Shown here: positions 1 through 11,722 of the stretch, in pieces
Position numbering within the stretch: position 1 is the stretch's first letter
Layout: every line of letters begins with the position of its first letter
DNA from: Trichodelitschia bisporula
Lineage: Eukaryota
DNA length: 64,000 nucleotides
Reading direction: 5' to 3'
Assembly (NCBI GenBank): GCA_010356995.1
Contig: ML996702.1
Span: forward strand, 62,001-126,000
The notes under the pieces: model-generated
Told to the model about the DNA's origin: nothing
The model's database searches: none
What the model saw: the letters and a program-made list of their open reading frames with translations, nothing else
Position numbers and translations under genes: made by a program

Positions 1-613
1 ATCTCCCCACAGACCAAGACATCCTGCGGACACGGTTACGCACAACCGGTATCATTGAAACGCTCTTCTCAATTGGGCCGCTTACGTATCGCATGTTCGA
101 CGTCGGTGGCCAACGTTCTGAGCGCAAGAAGTGGATCCATGTGTTTGATAATGTGCATGTCGTGCTCTTCCTGGTTGCCATCAGCGGCTACGACCACGCG
201 CTAGTGGAAGATCGGAATGGAGTACGTATCTGCCCTGTGTTTCCTAGGTCTGTCTAACCGTAGCGCAGAACCAAATGCACGAAGCGTTGATGCTCTTCGA
301 GTCCATCGCCAATTCGAAGTACTTTGAGAAGTCTGCACTGATTCTCTTTCTCAACAAGATCGATCTGTTCCGTGAGAAACTGTCATCCGGCATGAGTCCC
401 ATCAGCAGGTACTTCCCGGACTACCGCGGCAGGACGACTGATGTCGCCGCCGCGCAGGAGTTCTTTGCGGAGAAGTTCAGGAACCTGCTGCGGTACAAAA
501 AGGATGTGTATGTCCACTATACCAACGCGACGGACACCGATCTGCTCAAGAAGACGATGCAATCTATCCAAGATATGATTGTCCAGCGTAACCTCCATAC
601 TCTCATCTTGTGA
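1..613 (+). CDS. Heterotrimeric G-protein alpha subunit, probably fungal group II (GNA-2/GanA-like); 5'-truncated by the window edge
   Basis: Frame from nt 3 reads [17 protein letters not shown]...[17 protein letters not shown] (G2/G3 boxes). Intron 222-268 (GTACGT..CTAAC..CAG). Then [16 protein letters not shown]...FLNKIDLF (G4)...TNATDT (G5)...LIL*. Confidence 0.93.
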
Positions 614-3600
614 GTGGATTCCTTAGGGACCCGGGAACTTGCTGGTCGCCAATCTTATGGAGCTAAATCACCGCCATCATTAGAGGTCAGGAACCCACGC
701 ATGCCAAGAATGGGAATATGTAAGCAACCATCGAAACCAACGGCCACGATAGTTTTTAGGCACCAAAAGTTCGCCGACGGCGTGTACGATGTAACGAAAT
801 TAGGGATGGCGTTTTGCGGGTTCGGCTGCTTGGGGGGTTCTTGCATCTTCATGGAGTCTGCTTGGGAAGCATTGGAGACGTTTTGGCCGGATGTAGTGAG
901 CTCGCCACTTCAAGATGCCAGTTCTTTTCCGCTGCCGGGATAAAGCTGGGGGAATTTCTTGTAAATAGAAGGAAAGGCTTGGGTCATCATGCTGCTCTTA
1001 TTGATTGTTACGGATTGATCGGCGCTTGAGCTGGCGGGGTTTGCTTTGGATCATGTCATTGCTCAGCCGGGAGACTGCCTCATTCCGTTTTCCTGCACTT
1101 CTCAGGGGGGTTACATTTCACAGGCAAGGAGTGTTGGTCCTCCCTCGTCTGACCGGAAGTCCTAGCACAAAGAGCTTTCTGCGGGATGGAGTTAGGCAAC
1201 CAGCTCGCCCGTCAGGCATTTCGCGCATTTCGTGCAGCGAGGCCAAAGGTGATATCAGTAATACGCAGACCCGGCGCGTAAAAACACAAGATATGTTCGG
1301 AGTCGCCGGTCGGGCTCGAAACTCTCAGTTCCCTGACGATGAACCCAGAGAACGCCGCATCCTCGGCACGCCGAGCTGCCGGTCGGATTCTCGTGATAGA
1401 GTCGATGGGTCGAGTCTGGGCGATGGACAGGACCACAGAAGGAGCGAGGGTCTGGTACACGTGACTCGGCGTTTCCGTGCTTAACCACCTGCGTTGACCG
1501 CTCCGCCTCACCTCCACCTCTACCCGCAAACCACCGTTGCAGCCCCGCAGGCAGCCGTTCATGTCGGTGGAGATAGTGTTGCTATTGCTGTGAGTCCCGT
1601 TCCGCACAACCTTACTGAGAGGTTCGGCTCTGCGATGACCGCCATTGTGTCATATGCCATCGTCCACTCCCTCCTGCCTGCTTTGGGAGGGTCGGTGTGA
1701 TGACTACGCCAATACGCACTCCCCCTCTTCGCCATGCCTCCCTCTTGTATACCATACTCCATTGACGGTACGAATGTATCGTCATCCGGGCGGACTCTCA
1801 TGGCGTCTTGTGCTCTACATGTTGCACATGCGGCAGATTCCGCACATCATCTGAAAGATCGGCATCGTTGTAGTTCGGTCTGGGATTGCTAAGTGTCCGG
1901 CCTCATTATGCTTTTCCTGAAATCGAATTCCCCGACGGTGTAACTCTTTGCTGATTCTATGGCAGTGATGTCATTTGTACGGAGCATATTCTCTCGGACT
2001 GCGGGGCATCAGCGCGAATCTTACATCTTTCCGAGCATCGTGTCGGCACATGCGAAACCGTAGGAAGGCCTCGGTGTCATGGACCGACGGGCGTTATGTC
2101 CTCAACGCGTCCTGCATGCATCTAAGATCGCGGACCTGACGACAGATGCACTCCAAGACCGGTGGATTGGTCTCCCGCGATGACGCTTGGTTCCCGGCGT
2201 TTATGATCTGCACCACCCCCGCCAGCCAATCAGCGTGTAAATGAGGCAAGGCTGAATCCGCGCGTTCGCAGCCCTGGCATGAGCGGATTGCTAGCTCCTA
2301 CTCCGCTACACTGCTGACAGCTTCCATCGTGAAACGTTCATGGAAGACATATCTTCGGCTATGGCGACCCCGAACTTCTTTCTCCGCTTGCCGTCCTGGC
2401 CGTTTCCCCACCCAACTCTTTCACCCTCTACCCGCACCCATGATTCATCCCCTTCGTCACGCCCATTCCGGCCTCGCAGTGGTTTTTGGCCCCCAAATTT
2501 CTCTGTAGGCCTTCTGCCTTTCACGCTAGGTGATGGTCTTGTGCTAGGCTGTCGTCACTGATCACTCACGCCTTTGAAGTCCTGATCGGACCCCAAATTC
2601 GAATGCTTCCATGCTGGTTGCGCTGAGGACCGCCGATGGATACCAAAGCTCCCCTCAGGTTGAGGCTGAAGCCCCCTCGGTCGGAAATCCATCGTGGCAG
2701 ATCTCGAGTCTTGGACCCCGCGGCTGTAATCCTCCCCACCCCACACACCATACCCTGCCCGTAACTGGAACCCCCCCCGCGTAGTGGCGTTTGTCTTCTT
2801 TGACATCATCGGTGATGCCATTGGCCCTCGACACAAATCCCTTGACTCCTAGCCGGTACATTAGGCAAGATGGTTCGTCGCTCGTGGGCCTCCAAAGCGG
2901 CCAGGCAACGAGTTGCTCCCAGAGGCTTGACAGTCCAGGATTAGCACTCAGACCCCAGCCGATCTCTGGCACGCTGTCGTCAGTTTCCACGTTCTTCGGA
3001 AAACACCCCCCTCCCCCTCTGGGATATATGCTGGACACCGTCGTGCCAATCAGCGGCGTGAAACACGTATCGCGACGGTCCGCTCCTGGTCGGTTCTTCT
3101 GCCGCGCCCCCTTGGGGTCTCCGAAAGCCGCAATTCTGTCCTCTTCTTTTCTTTCTTGTCAACGGTGCCCCATCTGCCCGGGTGCGTACCCGCACAGCCC
3201 ACAATTATGTATCGGAGTATTAGCACGGGCTGTCCATGTCCGGTTAACAAGCCCCCCCATCTCTCTCAAAGCAGCACAACTTTTCCAGTTGTAGGTCCTC
3301 GCCATCCTATTGGCTTGCTGCCTCTAGGCCTCTGTTTGTGAGATTGGCTCATCCGCCAGAAGGGTCCTTCTATAGCATGATGCTCCGGCTACAAGCTTCG
3401 GTCTTCCCCTGCCCTTGTGGCTGTTAACAACCCCTCCTTGCTAACTATAACATGTGTCCGAGCCACTCAGTGTACAGCCCCTGTGAGTCAACTAAAAAAG
3501 TCTTTTTGTCGTCGAACCCGCCCTATCATATACCAGAGAGGGCCTCATGCAGCTTTGGAGTTGTGGCTCATACTCATAGCTAGATCAGATACCATCGATA

Positions 3601-3750
3601 CCGTGATCAAGGACTCAAGGCGGGGTATCGGGGTATGGTAGGTGTGAGGGAGGAGGATGGAGGTTGAGAAGACCGGAGACTTCTTATTCTGGATACATCC
3701 CAACCAACCGGATACCGACACCACAGTTGCAAATGGCATCTTCGAAATCA

Positions 3751-4835
3751 ATGATGCGTATCGCCGTCGCCGGGACGAACTCGCTCGCCCTCCTCATCGC
3801 CCACTATGTCGTCACCGAGACGAGTCACCAGATTGTTGTGCTCGCCCGACAGGTATGCTGGCGCCACGTCTTCCTAACTGTCGTTCCACTCCGTGATATG
3901 GACTTGGTGCTGACATTCCTCAGGCCCAACCTCGGCTCGCCAACCAAGAATATCAAGTACTCATCGTAGATTACGGCCATCAAGGCTCACTGCAGCACGC
4001 CGTCATGGGCGTCGACACGGTGATCTCAACCGTCACCGGCACGCCCGAAGTCGAGCTCCTGAAAGCCTGCGTCTCCCAGCGCGTCCGACGTTTCGTGCCC
4101 GCGGAGTTCGAAGGCCGGCCGTCATCACGCGCGCAGGACGACCCGCTCGACCAAGGCAAGAACACCGTGCTGGCATGGCTCGAGCACTACCGCTCGCAAA
4201 TCGAAAGTACCGTCTTCTGCTGCGGCGTCCTGTATGAGCGGTTCGGGCCCGGGGGTCTAGCAGCGCACGGTCTGGGGCTGCTGACACAGCGCGCTCAGGA
4301 AGGCGATTACATCGTCAACGTGCGAACCATGCGCGCAAATGCGCCTGTGTACGACGCCAACCACCAACTTAACGTGTACATCTGCCTCACGGCGGCGCAG
4401 GACGTGGCGCGGTTCGTTGTCCGTGCGATCGACATGCCGCGCTGGCCGAAGGAGATGACGATCGCAGGGGAGAGGATGACGGTGTGGGATATGACGAACA
4501 TTGTGATTCGAGTGCGAGGTGTGTAAACTCCTCAAGATCCCCTTTCCACCTTCTCTTCTCTGACGTTAACTCGGCTAACTCCACTAGGCGTTCCCCTCAA
4601 CAACCCTATTTGGCATACCCCAGACAGCTTGCGGTCGGACCTCCTGCTGGCGCAAACACTGCGCGATGGGGCCCGCATTGCGCGTGCCCACGACCACATC
4701 GCAACCGTGGGCGGGCGATACGACTTTCAGGCCCCTGGAACTATGCGTACAATGAGCCGCTGCCGCGACATTGTACCGCTTGCGTTCGAAGCGTGGCTGC
4801 GAAGCGTGTGGTCCACGCACCCGGTTTCGAATTAG
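3751..4835 (+). CDS. NmrA-like / isoflavone-reductase-like Rossmann-fold protein (3 exons)
   Basis: MMRIAVAGTNSLALLIAH...; intron 3853-3923; VDY...GVDTVISTV...LLKACVSQRVRRFVPAEF, DVARFVVRA, GERMT; intron 4519-4587; ends FEAWLRSVW. The start could be 3733, 3751 or 3754. Confidence 0.85.
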
Positions 4836-5985
4836 GGGACTTGATCCTGACGCTGGGCATGATAGATGGTTTCTCGCGGCATTTGGGGTGTTTAGGCGGG
4901 TGTTAGGCGGATACTAGGCAGAAGGGGAGGATTGCATGGCATTCTCGGAGCATGGCAATTTGGCATGGCGATATCGGGGGTGAGGGGTAGGGGGTATGGG
5001 TTACGGTAAGGGGGTTTCGGTCGCTTCTTTCTTGCTTCATGTTTTGCGCGTTTCTTGATTTTGTTTGGCTGGTTTGGATTTCTTCGGCATGGCACTTTCC
5101 ACTCATTTACGGTAGATAGCACATCTCCTTTTCACAATGGGTATACACATGGTAGCGGTCGTAACCATCGCACCTCATCAACCTGACGTCTCCCTCCTCC
5201 CCTTGGCGCCGTCAGTCCCTTCAGCCTCGCCACTCCCCGCCGCGCCCCAATGCTTATCCTTCCTTCGCCGCCTTCCCCGCGGACTAGATCCACCAATGCC
5301 GCTCGTTCGAGGGGTGGGAGGGCACAGCCTCGCCCTCCCACGCGGGCAGGCCCACGCGAACGGGCGCGCAGCATGTCCAGTAGCTAGCTGCCAGCGACCG
5401 CACAGCCAGTGACATTGCAGCACAACAACCTGGTAGCGATGGCCATAGCGTACCAAACCGCAGCACGGCAAGCAGCGCCCACACGTAGACGCAGACGCAG
5501 CGTACCTGCTTCCCCACCTGGCGGCCCCCACCCCCCCCACCCCGCCTTCCCCCTTCGTCCGCCAACCTCACACCCCGTCCGAAAATAAGGCTGGCAGTGC
5601 TAACGGTGGCCACTCAGCGGGCTGCGGGGGATATCTGCGATCTGGGGCCGGCAGGGTACCGGGTCTCGTCCGGCAGGGTACTAGGTTCGTCTGCGTTGGG
5701 CAGGTTGAAACGGGAGAGTGGAGGCGTGCTTGTAACCGGGTTTCCGGTCGAGACGATGGAGGGGTGATGCTGGATCGGGCAGCACGAGCACGAGGGGCGA
5801 GGAGCGGTACGTAGCTATGCCGGACGGGATCGTGACACTGCGAGTCTGCCTCCGGTCTAACGCTCGAGATTTCACCCTGCACTTCCTCACACACCGAGCT
5901 CCTCCACCCCACCGTGCCACAAACAGCTGTACTAGTAGACGTCCCTGGCTCAGGCCTCAGCAGCCAAGAGCCGCACCCAAAATAG

Positions 5986-6003
5986 CCCCCCCCCCCCCCC
6001 CCC
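5986..6003. repeat. Poly-C tract (C18)
   Basis: Directly visible homopolymer. Confidence 0.9.
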
Positions 6004-6640
6004 AAACCCCAGCCGGGCGCCGCGCCACAGTGGCGCCCCCCCGAGGCTGAGCGGCGAACGATATCGAACGCTCCAGCCGCTGACTGCAGCTACAGCGCCA
6101 GCTCCAGCTACTGTGGTACAATCCTACGCTAGCAGCAGGAGCGGTACGTACCGACCCTTGGAGAGCTGAAGTCGTAACTAGTGCGCCGTTAGAACTGGAG
6201 CTGGTGAAGGATGCAAAGTGGGGGGGGGCGAATGTCTGGGCGGCCCCCACGGCACGATATGCACGTGTTCAGGGCCTGGCTCTCGGGCCGGCAGGTTAGT
6301 TCTAGAAATTCTAGCTACGCGGTCCCGCGTCAGTCATCAGTCGGGCCGGTGTGATGCACTAGCACGTATATCAGCAGGCACCAGTCGCAGGCAGACCTAG
6401 GCCGTGAAACAACACTCGAATTCCGATACAAAAGGTCATCCCGTATCGCAAAACGCTGAATACCGGCGCGCTCCCGCCGCCAACGCCGTGTCCACCGCTC
6501 CGTTCCGCGAAGCCTCGTCATGCTCCTCCCCGCCGCCCGCCCGCCGAAAGTGTGCACAAAGCAGTAAGCAGAAAACGCAGCAGCGGAACAAAGGCGCCGC
6601 TTCCTCCGTACTCAAGAAAAGGCCAGAACGGGAGAAGAGA

Positions 6641-8800
6641 CTATCCCTCCTCCATGACCGCCCTCTCCCGATGCTCCTCCTCCAACTGCCCCAGGATCTC
6701 ATCCAACATGCTCTCAACATCATTCTCCTTAACCCCCATCGCCCCCCGAATGAGCCGCTTATACTCCGCCTGTTTCTCGCCCAGCCCAGCGACACTCAAA
6801 CTCCGTACAATATCACGGACGAGCCGTTGCCGCTCCCCTTGCACCTGCGCCAGCTTAAGCGCCAACTGCCGCGCATCAGCCGGTAGGTTGCCGACCCCAT
6901 TAGCACCCTGTGCTTTCCCAATCAGCCCGCGCAAATCCTCGCGCTGCTCCAGCTCAAGCAGAGCCTCAGCCTCCTCTTCCAGACGCCTCAGCTCCGCCTC
7001 CTCGGCCTCGTCCTCCTCCGTCGGCCCGTACGCCATCTCGGTGTCGCCCGCCACATCGGCGAGCTGCCGCTTCAACGCCTCCATCTCGGCGATGCGCTTG
7101 CGCACCACGCGCTCTGCTTCTGCCTCTTCCTGCTCCTTCTCACCGTACTCGGCCTCGTACGCCGTTGCCAGATGCCGGAACTTGTCCATGATTGTCGGGG
7201 CAATGCGGGACATGAGCGACATTGCTGTCTGACTGTGGTACTGCGGCGGCGGGATCTGGATGGGTCCCGGAGTTGCTGCAGGCCCGCCTACCTCGCCGTT
7301 CACGCCCCGGAGATCAGGCGCAAAGGGTGATGATGACACATCGCGGCGGTTGGAGTTGTGGGCACGACGGCGCGCGTTGAGCTCGCGGATCAGATCGTCG
7401 GCTGTTTCGCCCACGGCATTGGGGACGTCGACTTGCACGTTGCGGCCAAGGAGGCTGCGGACGCATTTGCGCGCGCCATTACGAGCGGCAATCATGATGG
7501 CTGAGTCGCCGTTTTGGTCCTGCACGTTGAGCAGACGCGTGACCTCGTCTGGAATCCACGTCTCACTGAGTACATTGATCACGGTGTCGAGGTAGTAGCG
7601 CGCGGAGAGGTACTTGTTCTTCGAGGACGTGGTGGCGGCAATGTGGTGGAAGACAGTCGAGCCAAACCAGTCTGTGCGCACCACCGTCGGCGCGAGGATC
7701 CGCACCAGCTTGCCCATCGTTTGCTTGTCGTAGTTGTTGGTAAACATGACGGCGCGCATGAGGGGCGTTTCCAAGTTGTTGGACAGGCAGTCGATTCTCG
7801 CGCCGCGCGCGATGAGGTCTTTGACCACGTCGATGTCGCCCATGGCCGCGGCCCAGTGGAGAGCAGAGTTTCCCTTTTCGTCAATCGGACGGTCGAGATT
7901 CACACCAGCCGGCGGCTCCGGAGGGCAGGGGAAGCGGTCCTCGGACTCCAGAAGCATGAAATAGTCCAGCAGCTGGTCGGCCCATATTTGATGCTGCTGG
8001 TCCTGCAGTGACATCTGGTCCTGCTCGCGTTTGCGCTTCCGCGAGTTGTACTGGCCGTAGTCGTCTTCTATTAAGCTTTCTGAGATTATGGTGATGTTGT
8101 CAGGGGTCTCGTCTTCTGCGTAATGGCCAACGCTCGCCGCATCATACTGGTCTTCGCTGATTTGGGATGCTGTGACTTCTCGGGTTAGCAAAGGCTCGAT
8201 TGACAGCTAAAAGAGATACCCGGCACGGATAAAGAACAAGAGGAGGTACCGGTTGGGACAACAACAGCTGCTGCGCGAGTGTCGATACTTGGATTCTTCT
8301 TATTGGTAGGCATGGCGAGCCGTCTTTGGGCCGCAGTCTGGCGAGCCGCGCGGGGACGGCTGGATGCGGCAGTGGCATGTTTCGGGGCAGGCGGTGGGCT
8401 ATGCTCTCCAGGGACGAAGTCAAAAATGGGCAAAAGCTTTTCCAGAACGCCGTTGCGCTCAGCGAGAGCGCGGCCATCGTGAAGTGGAATCCAAGTGCCT
8501 TGAAAAAGTCAGCGCTCATGTCACGCAACCTTCCGCTTCTGGACAGTACACGCCTTGATATTTGCCATAGCCTCCCTGAACCTTCTCGTGGACGCCCTTT
8601 TGTACTTCACGCTCCAAGATGCGCGTACGCGCAGGCTTGTCATAGGCGGCGGCTTTGAGGATGTGCGTCGCATTTATCCAGTCGTCGGCGCGGCGGCGCA
8701 TAATCTGCACGCCAGGGCCGGCATTGTACTCGTAGACAGGAACGTTGCTGTAACAGGCCTGATAGATGCGATTGTTGGCGGCCATGGCAGGTTGCGACAT
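6641..8800 (-). CDS. MBP1: MBF/SBF cell-cycle transcription factor (APSES/KilA-N domain + ankyrin repeats + coiled coil), Mbp1/Res2-like
   Basis: Exon 1: IYQACYSNVPVYE...IMRRRADDWINATHILKAA...HEKVQGGYGKYQG. Intron 8553-8499. Exon 2: TWIPLHDGRALAERNG...PPPAPKH. A second intron lies at about 8250-8170 (exact ends ambiguous). Ankyrin motifs GNSALHWAAAMG, ETPLMRAVMFTNN, GDSAIMIAARNG. Confidence 0.93.
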
Positions 8801-9118
8801 CAAAGCGGGGGGGGCAGTATGTGTTGATAAGGTAAGGTGCATCCAACTGTCGAGGGGGGTAGGCGTGTAGGGAGGGCGTGTGTGGAGGAATGAGAGCGTG
8901 CGGCACGACTGCAGGTGACGCGACGCGATGAGAGTTCCTCACGTGACTTGAATTGAGTTCCTCTTGTTTGATGCCTTAGCAGCTTCCGGGTGTTCCCAGG
9001 CACCAATTGAAGCACCGACACCCGAAGCCCGTGCATCGGTCGTGAACCTCCACCGCAAGCCGGGACAGCTCGACAACCGCACTTCTACCTCTAGCTGTCG
9101 ACAACCACTCCCCTTCCC

Positions 9119-9535
9119 ATGACGCTCGTCGAAACGATCAAGGAGGCCGTGGGCCTCGGCCACGGCGAGCCCTCCGCCTCTGGACGTAAGTCCTCTCTCC
9201 TTCCTACACGCTCTACTTTGTAGCTCTAACGCAATTGCATATCAGCGGCCACCCGTAAGCAAATGGCGGATGCGAACCTGCCTCTGCAGTACCGCGATAG
9301 CTGCGCACATCTTCTCATCCCATTGAATAAGTGCCGCGTCAAGGAGTACTACCTCCCATGGAAGTGCGAGGTACGAAAACCAACATCGCGCATAACTCAT
9401 CGTATTCCGGATCGCTAAGCCATTGCGTTATAGGATGAGCGTCATAGCTACGAGAAGTGCCAGTATGATGAATTCAAGAGGCGGGTCGCCAAGATGGAGG
9501 AGTTGAGGGCTGCCCGTGCGGAGCAGAGCAAATAA
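9119..9535 (+). CDS. NDUFB7: NADH:ubiquinone oxidoreductase (complex I) B18 subunit; 3 short exons, missing from the ORF track
   Basis: Exons 9119-9185, 9246-9370 and 9434-9535 join to MTLVETIKEAVGLG...ATRKQMADANLPLQYRDSCAHLLIPLNKCRVKEYYLPWKCEDERHSYEKCQYDEFKRRVAKMEELR, with the twin CX9C motif. Both introns are GT-AG. Confidence 0.95.
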
Positions 9536-10018
9536 ATGTCGAAGGGACATTGAGCACCACCTTTCCAGTATTCTCGTGCTTGTGGCTACCTGCGTGATTA
9601 CGGTTGACTTTACCCCCCGGATCAACCATGACTACGTCACTGTGCAGACAAAGAGCGGGCTTTAGGGATATTCAGCATGTCATGTCACATACTCGCCTAG
9701 AGACAACTCTAGAAACGCGCCGCTTCGCATCCCAGATATTCCAGTCGGTAGCATGCACTCTTGTATGGTCCTTCGGATCCCCAAAATTGACCTGTGAAGT
9801 CATCTGATCATTGCTCTATCAGACCCGGGCTCAGCAGACAAACCGGACATGCTGTTTACATCGTATGAATGATGAAATGATGTCGCTATTAACGCTTCAA
9901 TGATTTATCTACCCTCTCTCTCCCAGACTTTGCTAAATTCAAGTAAATGTAAGGATGAAAACAGTTCCCGAAGCGCCACACATCCCGGATCCATCACATG
10001 TGAAGTGATACCGCAACA

Positions 10019-11143
10019 TCAGTCTGAATCGTCCAGAGCAGGATCACTAAAGAGCTTGTTCAGCTGCTCTGCATAACGTCTTCCGGCATTCAGTCCGATA
10101 TGTGGGGAGTGAGGGGTTTCGGCGTGGTCAATGCCGTGATCTTTGGCAGCTGCAGAATCGCTCCCGGAGCCTTGGTCGACGTCCTTAGCAGTAGAAACAT
10201 CCTTTTCCTTCTCGTTGCCCGGGGATTCAACACCAGTGTCGTCGCTCACGTCGTCAACCTTCGGAGGGGACGGACTCGGTCGCTTTCCGGGCGCCGAGAT
10301 GCTGTCTATTGGGTTGCCATCCTCCGCAGTATCTTGGGCAACGTCCACCTCCGCACCCGCCTCCGCAAGCTCCCCAGAAATCTCCGCACCGCTGGCATCG
10401 TCGCTAGCGTCATCTTCAGTCATCTCATAGTCGACTCCCGCGTCAGTGGCATCGTCACTGATCGAACCTTCCGCGACGCCCTCATCGCCCCTCTCCACAG
10501 ATTCCTCCTCCTCGGCCGCACTCTCCTCATCCACAACACCCTCTTCATTGAACTGCGCCAACCATCTCGCCCTCGGGCGACCCCTATCATCCGGCGCATA
10601 CTGAAGCGGTCTCGTGGCCGCAGCCTCCCAGTACTCAATACTCGTCCTGCCAAAGCGGGGATCCTCGTCTGGCGGATGGTTCAAAAACTCCCAGAACCCC
10701 TGCGCGAACCTTCCCAGCCCGAGGATACGCAAGCAGCGCAAAATCCGCGTAATGCGCAGGTGATTATGATCAAACCTCCTAACCCAGATCCAACGTCTTT
10801 CCTGCCAGCCCGGGCCGGTCGTCACACAACACTCCCCCTCCTCATCCTCAATCGCCAGGCCGAAGAAGTCAATCATCCGCAAAAAGGCCAGGCGTAAGTT
10901 GCCCCGCAGCGCGGCGCCCGTGGCGTCATCTGCGCGGAAAGCGGCGACGATGTCGGGCGTGAGGCGGGGCGCGGAGACAAAGCCCGAGGGCTCGGGGAGC
11001 GGGAATAGGATCTGGATGTAGTCGTGGAAGTGTTCCAGTTCGTTGTCTGTAAAGTTGAGGATGTCGGTGAGAGACCGGCCGTACCAGTCACGTTCACCGA
11101 TTGAGGGGTCGAAGAAGCGGGTGATCCAGGGTTGGTCGGCCAT
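10019..11143 (-). CDS. Opioid growth factor receptor (OGFr) N-terminal domain protein with acidic disordered tail
   Basis: 374-aa intronless ORF with LEHFHDYIQILFPLPEPS, AFLRMIDFFG and DHNHLRITRILRCLRILG, the conserved OGFr-region motifs. Confidence 0.85.
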   Translation of the reverse strand: MADQPWITRFFDPSIGERDWYGRSLTDILNFTDNELEHFHDYIQILFPLPEPSGFVSAPRLTPDIVAAFRADDATGAALRGNLRLAFLRMIDFFGLAIEDEEGECCVTTGPGWQERRWIWVRRFDHNHLRITRILRCLRILGLGRFAQGFWEFLNHPPDEDPRFGRTSIEYWEAAATRPLQYAPDDRGRPRARWLAQFNEEGVVDEESAAEEEESVERGDEGVAEGSISDDATDAGVDYEMTEDDASDDASGAEISGELAEAGAEVDVAQDTAEDGNPIDSISAPGKRPSPSPPKVDDVSDDTGVESPGNEKEKDVSTAKDVDQGSGSDSAAAKDHGIDHAETPHSPHIGLNAGRRYAEQLNKLFSDPALDDSD

Positions 11144-11722
11144 GGTGGTTGGTTGGTAAGAATGTAACGACCGGGAAATTTTTATTGATGATGGAGAATG
11201 GCGAGTTTAGTGAAGTGAGATCAAACAGTGATTTTGTTCGGGCTGTGTTATGGAACTGGCTTCGGTGGTCGGGGCTGTGCGAGTATTTGTAGGCGGGGTC
11301 AACAGAAAGTTGGGTGTTGTTGCCTTGTGTCAGTGTGCTTCTTCTGGAAAGAGTGTTTGCGATATGGCAATTGCCCCAGACGTCCTTGCCAAATGATATG
11401 TGCCTTTGGCAGTTTACACCTCGACACGCAGTTAGTCAGGTTCGATGCTTATTATGCGGTATGTGACAATTGATAAGGCACGGAGACAACTTAGTTCTTC
11501 AAGCCGTAATCGATGCTCGTTTCCCATTTTGGAGCCTCCTAGCAGACCCAGTAGACGCCCAGTTACGACATACAGAGCATAGGCCAAAGGCATCAGAAAG
11601 AATTTGTATCTACGTCAGCACGAAAGAAGAGAAGCCTAGGAAACAGAGCATGTACATCGGAATCGCGCCACCACCCCCCTAACAGCGCCCAAAACACCAT
11701 ACACCCGCTCAACAACCCACAC

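Noticed and set aside
1561..1700. Possible spliced 35-aa hydrophobic micropeptide (MSVEIVLLLL|FGSAMTAIVSYAIVHSLLPALGGSV)
   Set aside because: Needs a 32-nt intron with a GAG acceptor and weak branch point, shorter than any confident intron in the window (44 nt or more).
6166..6180. GAAGTCGTAAC resembles the conserved 3' end of SSU rRNA
   Set aside because: Only about 11 nt match, and the flanks show no rRNA similarity.
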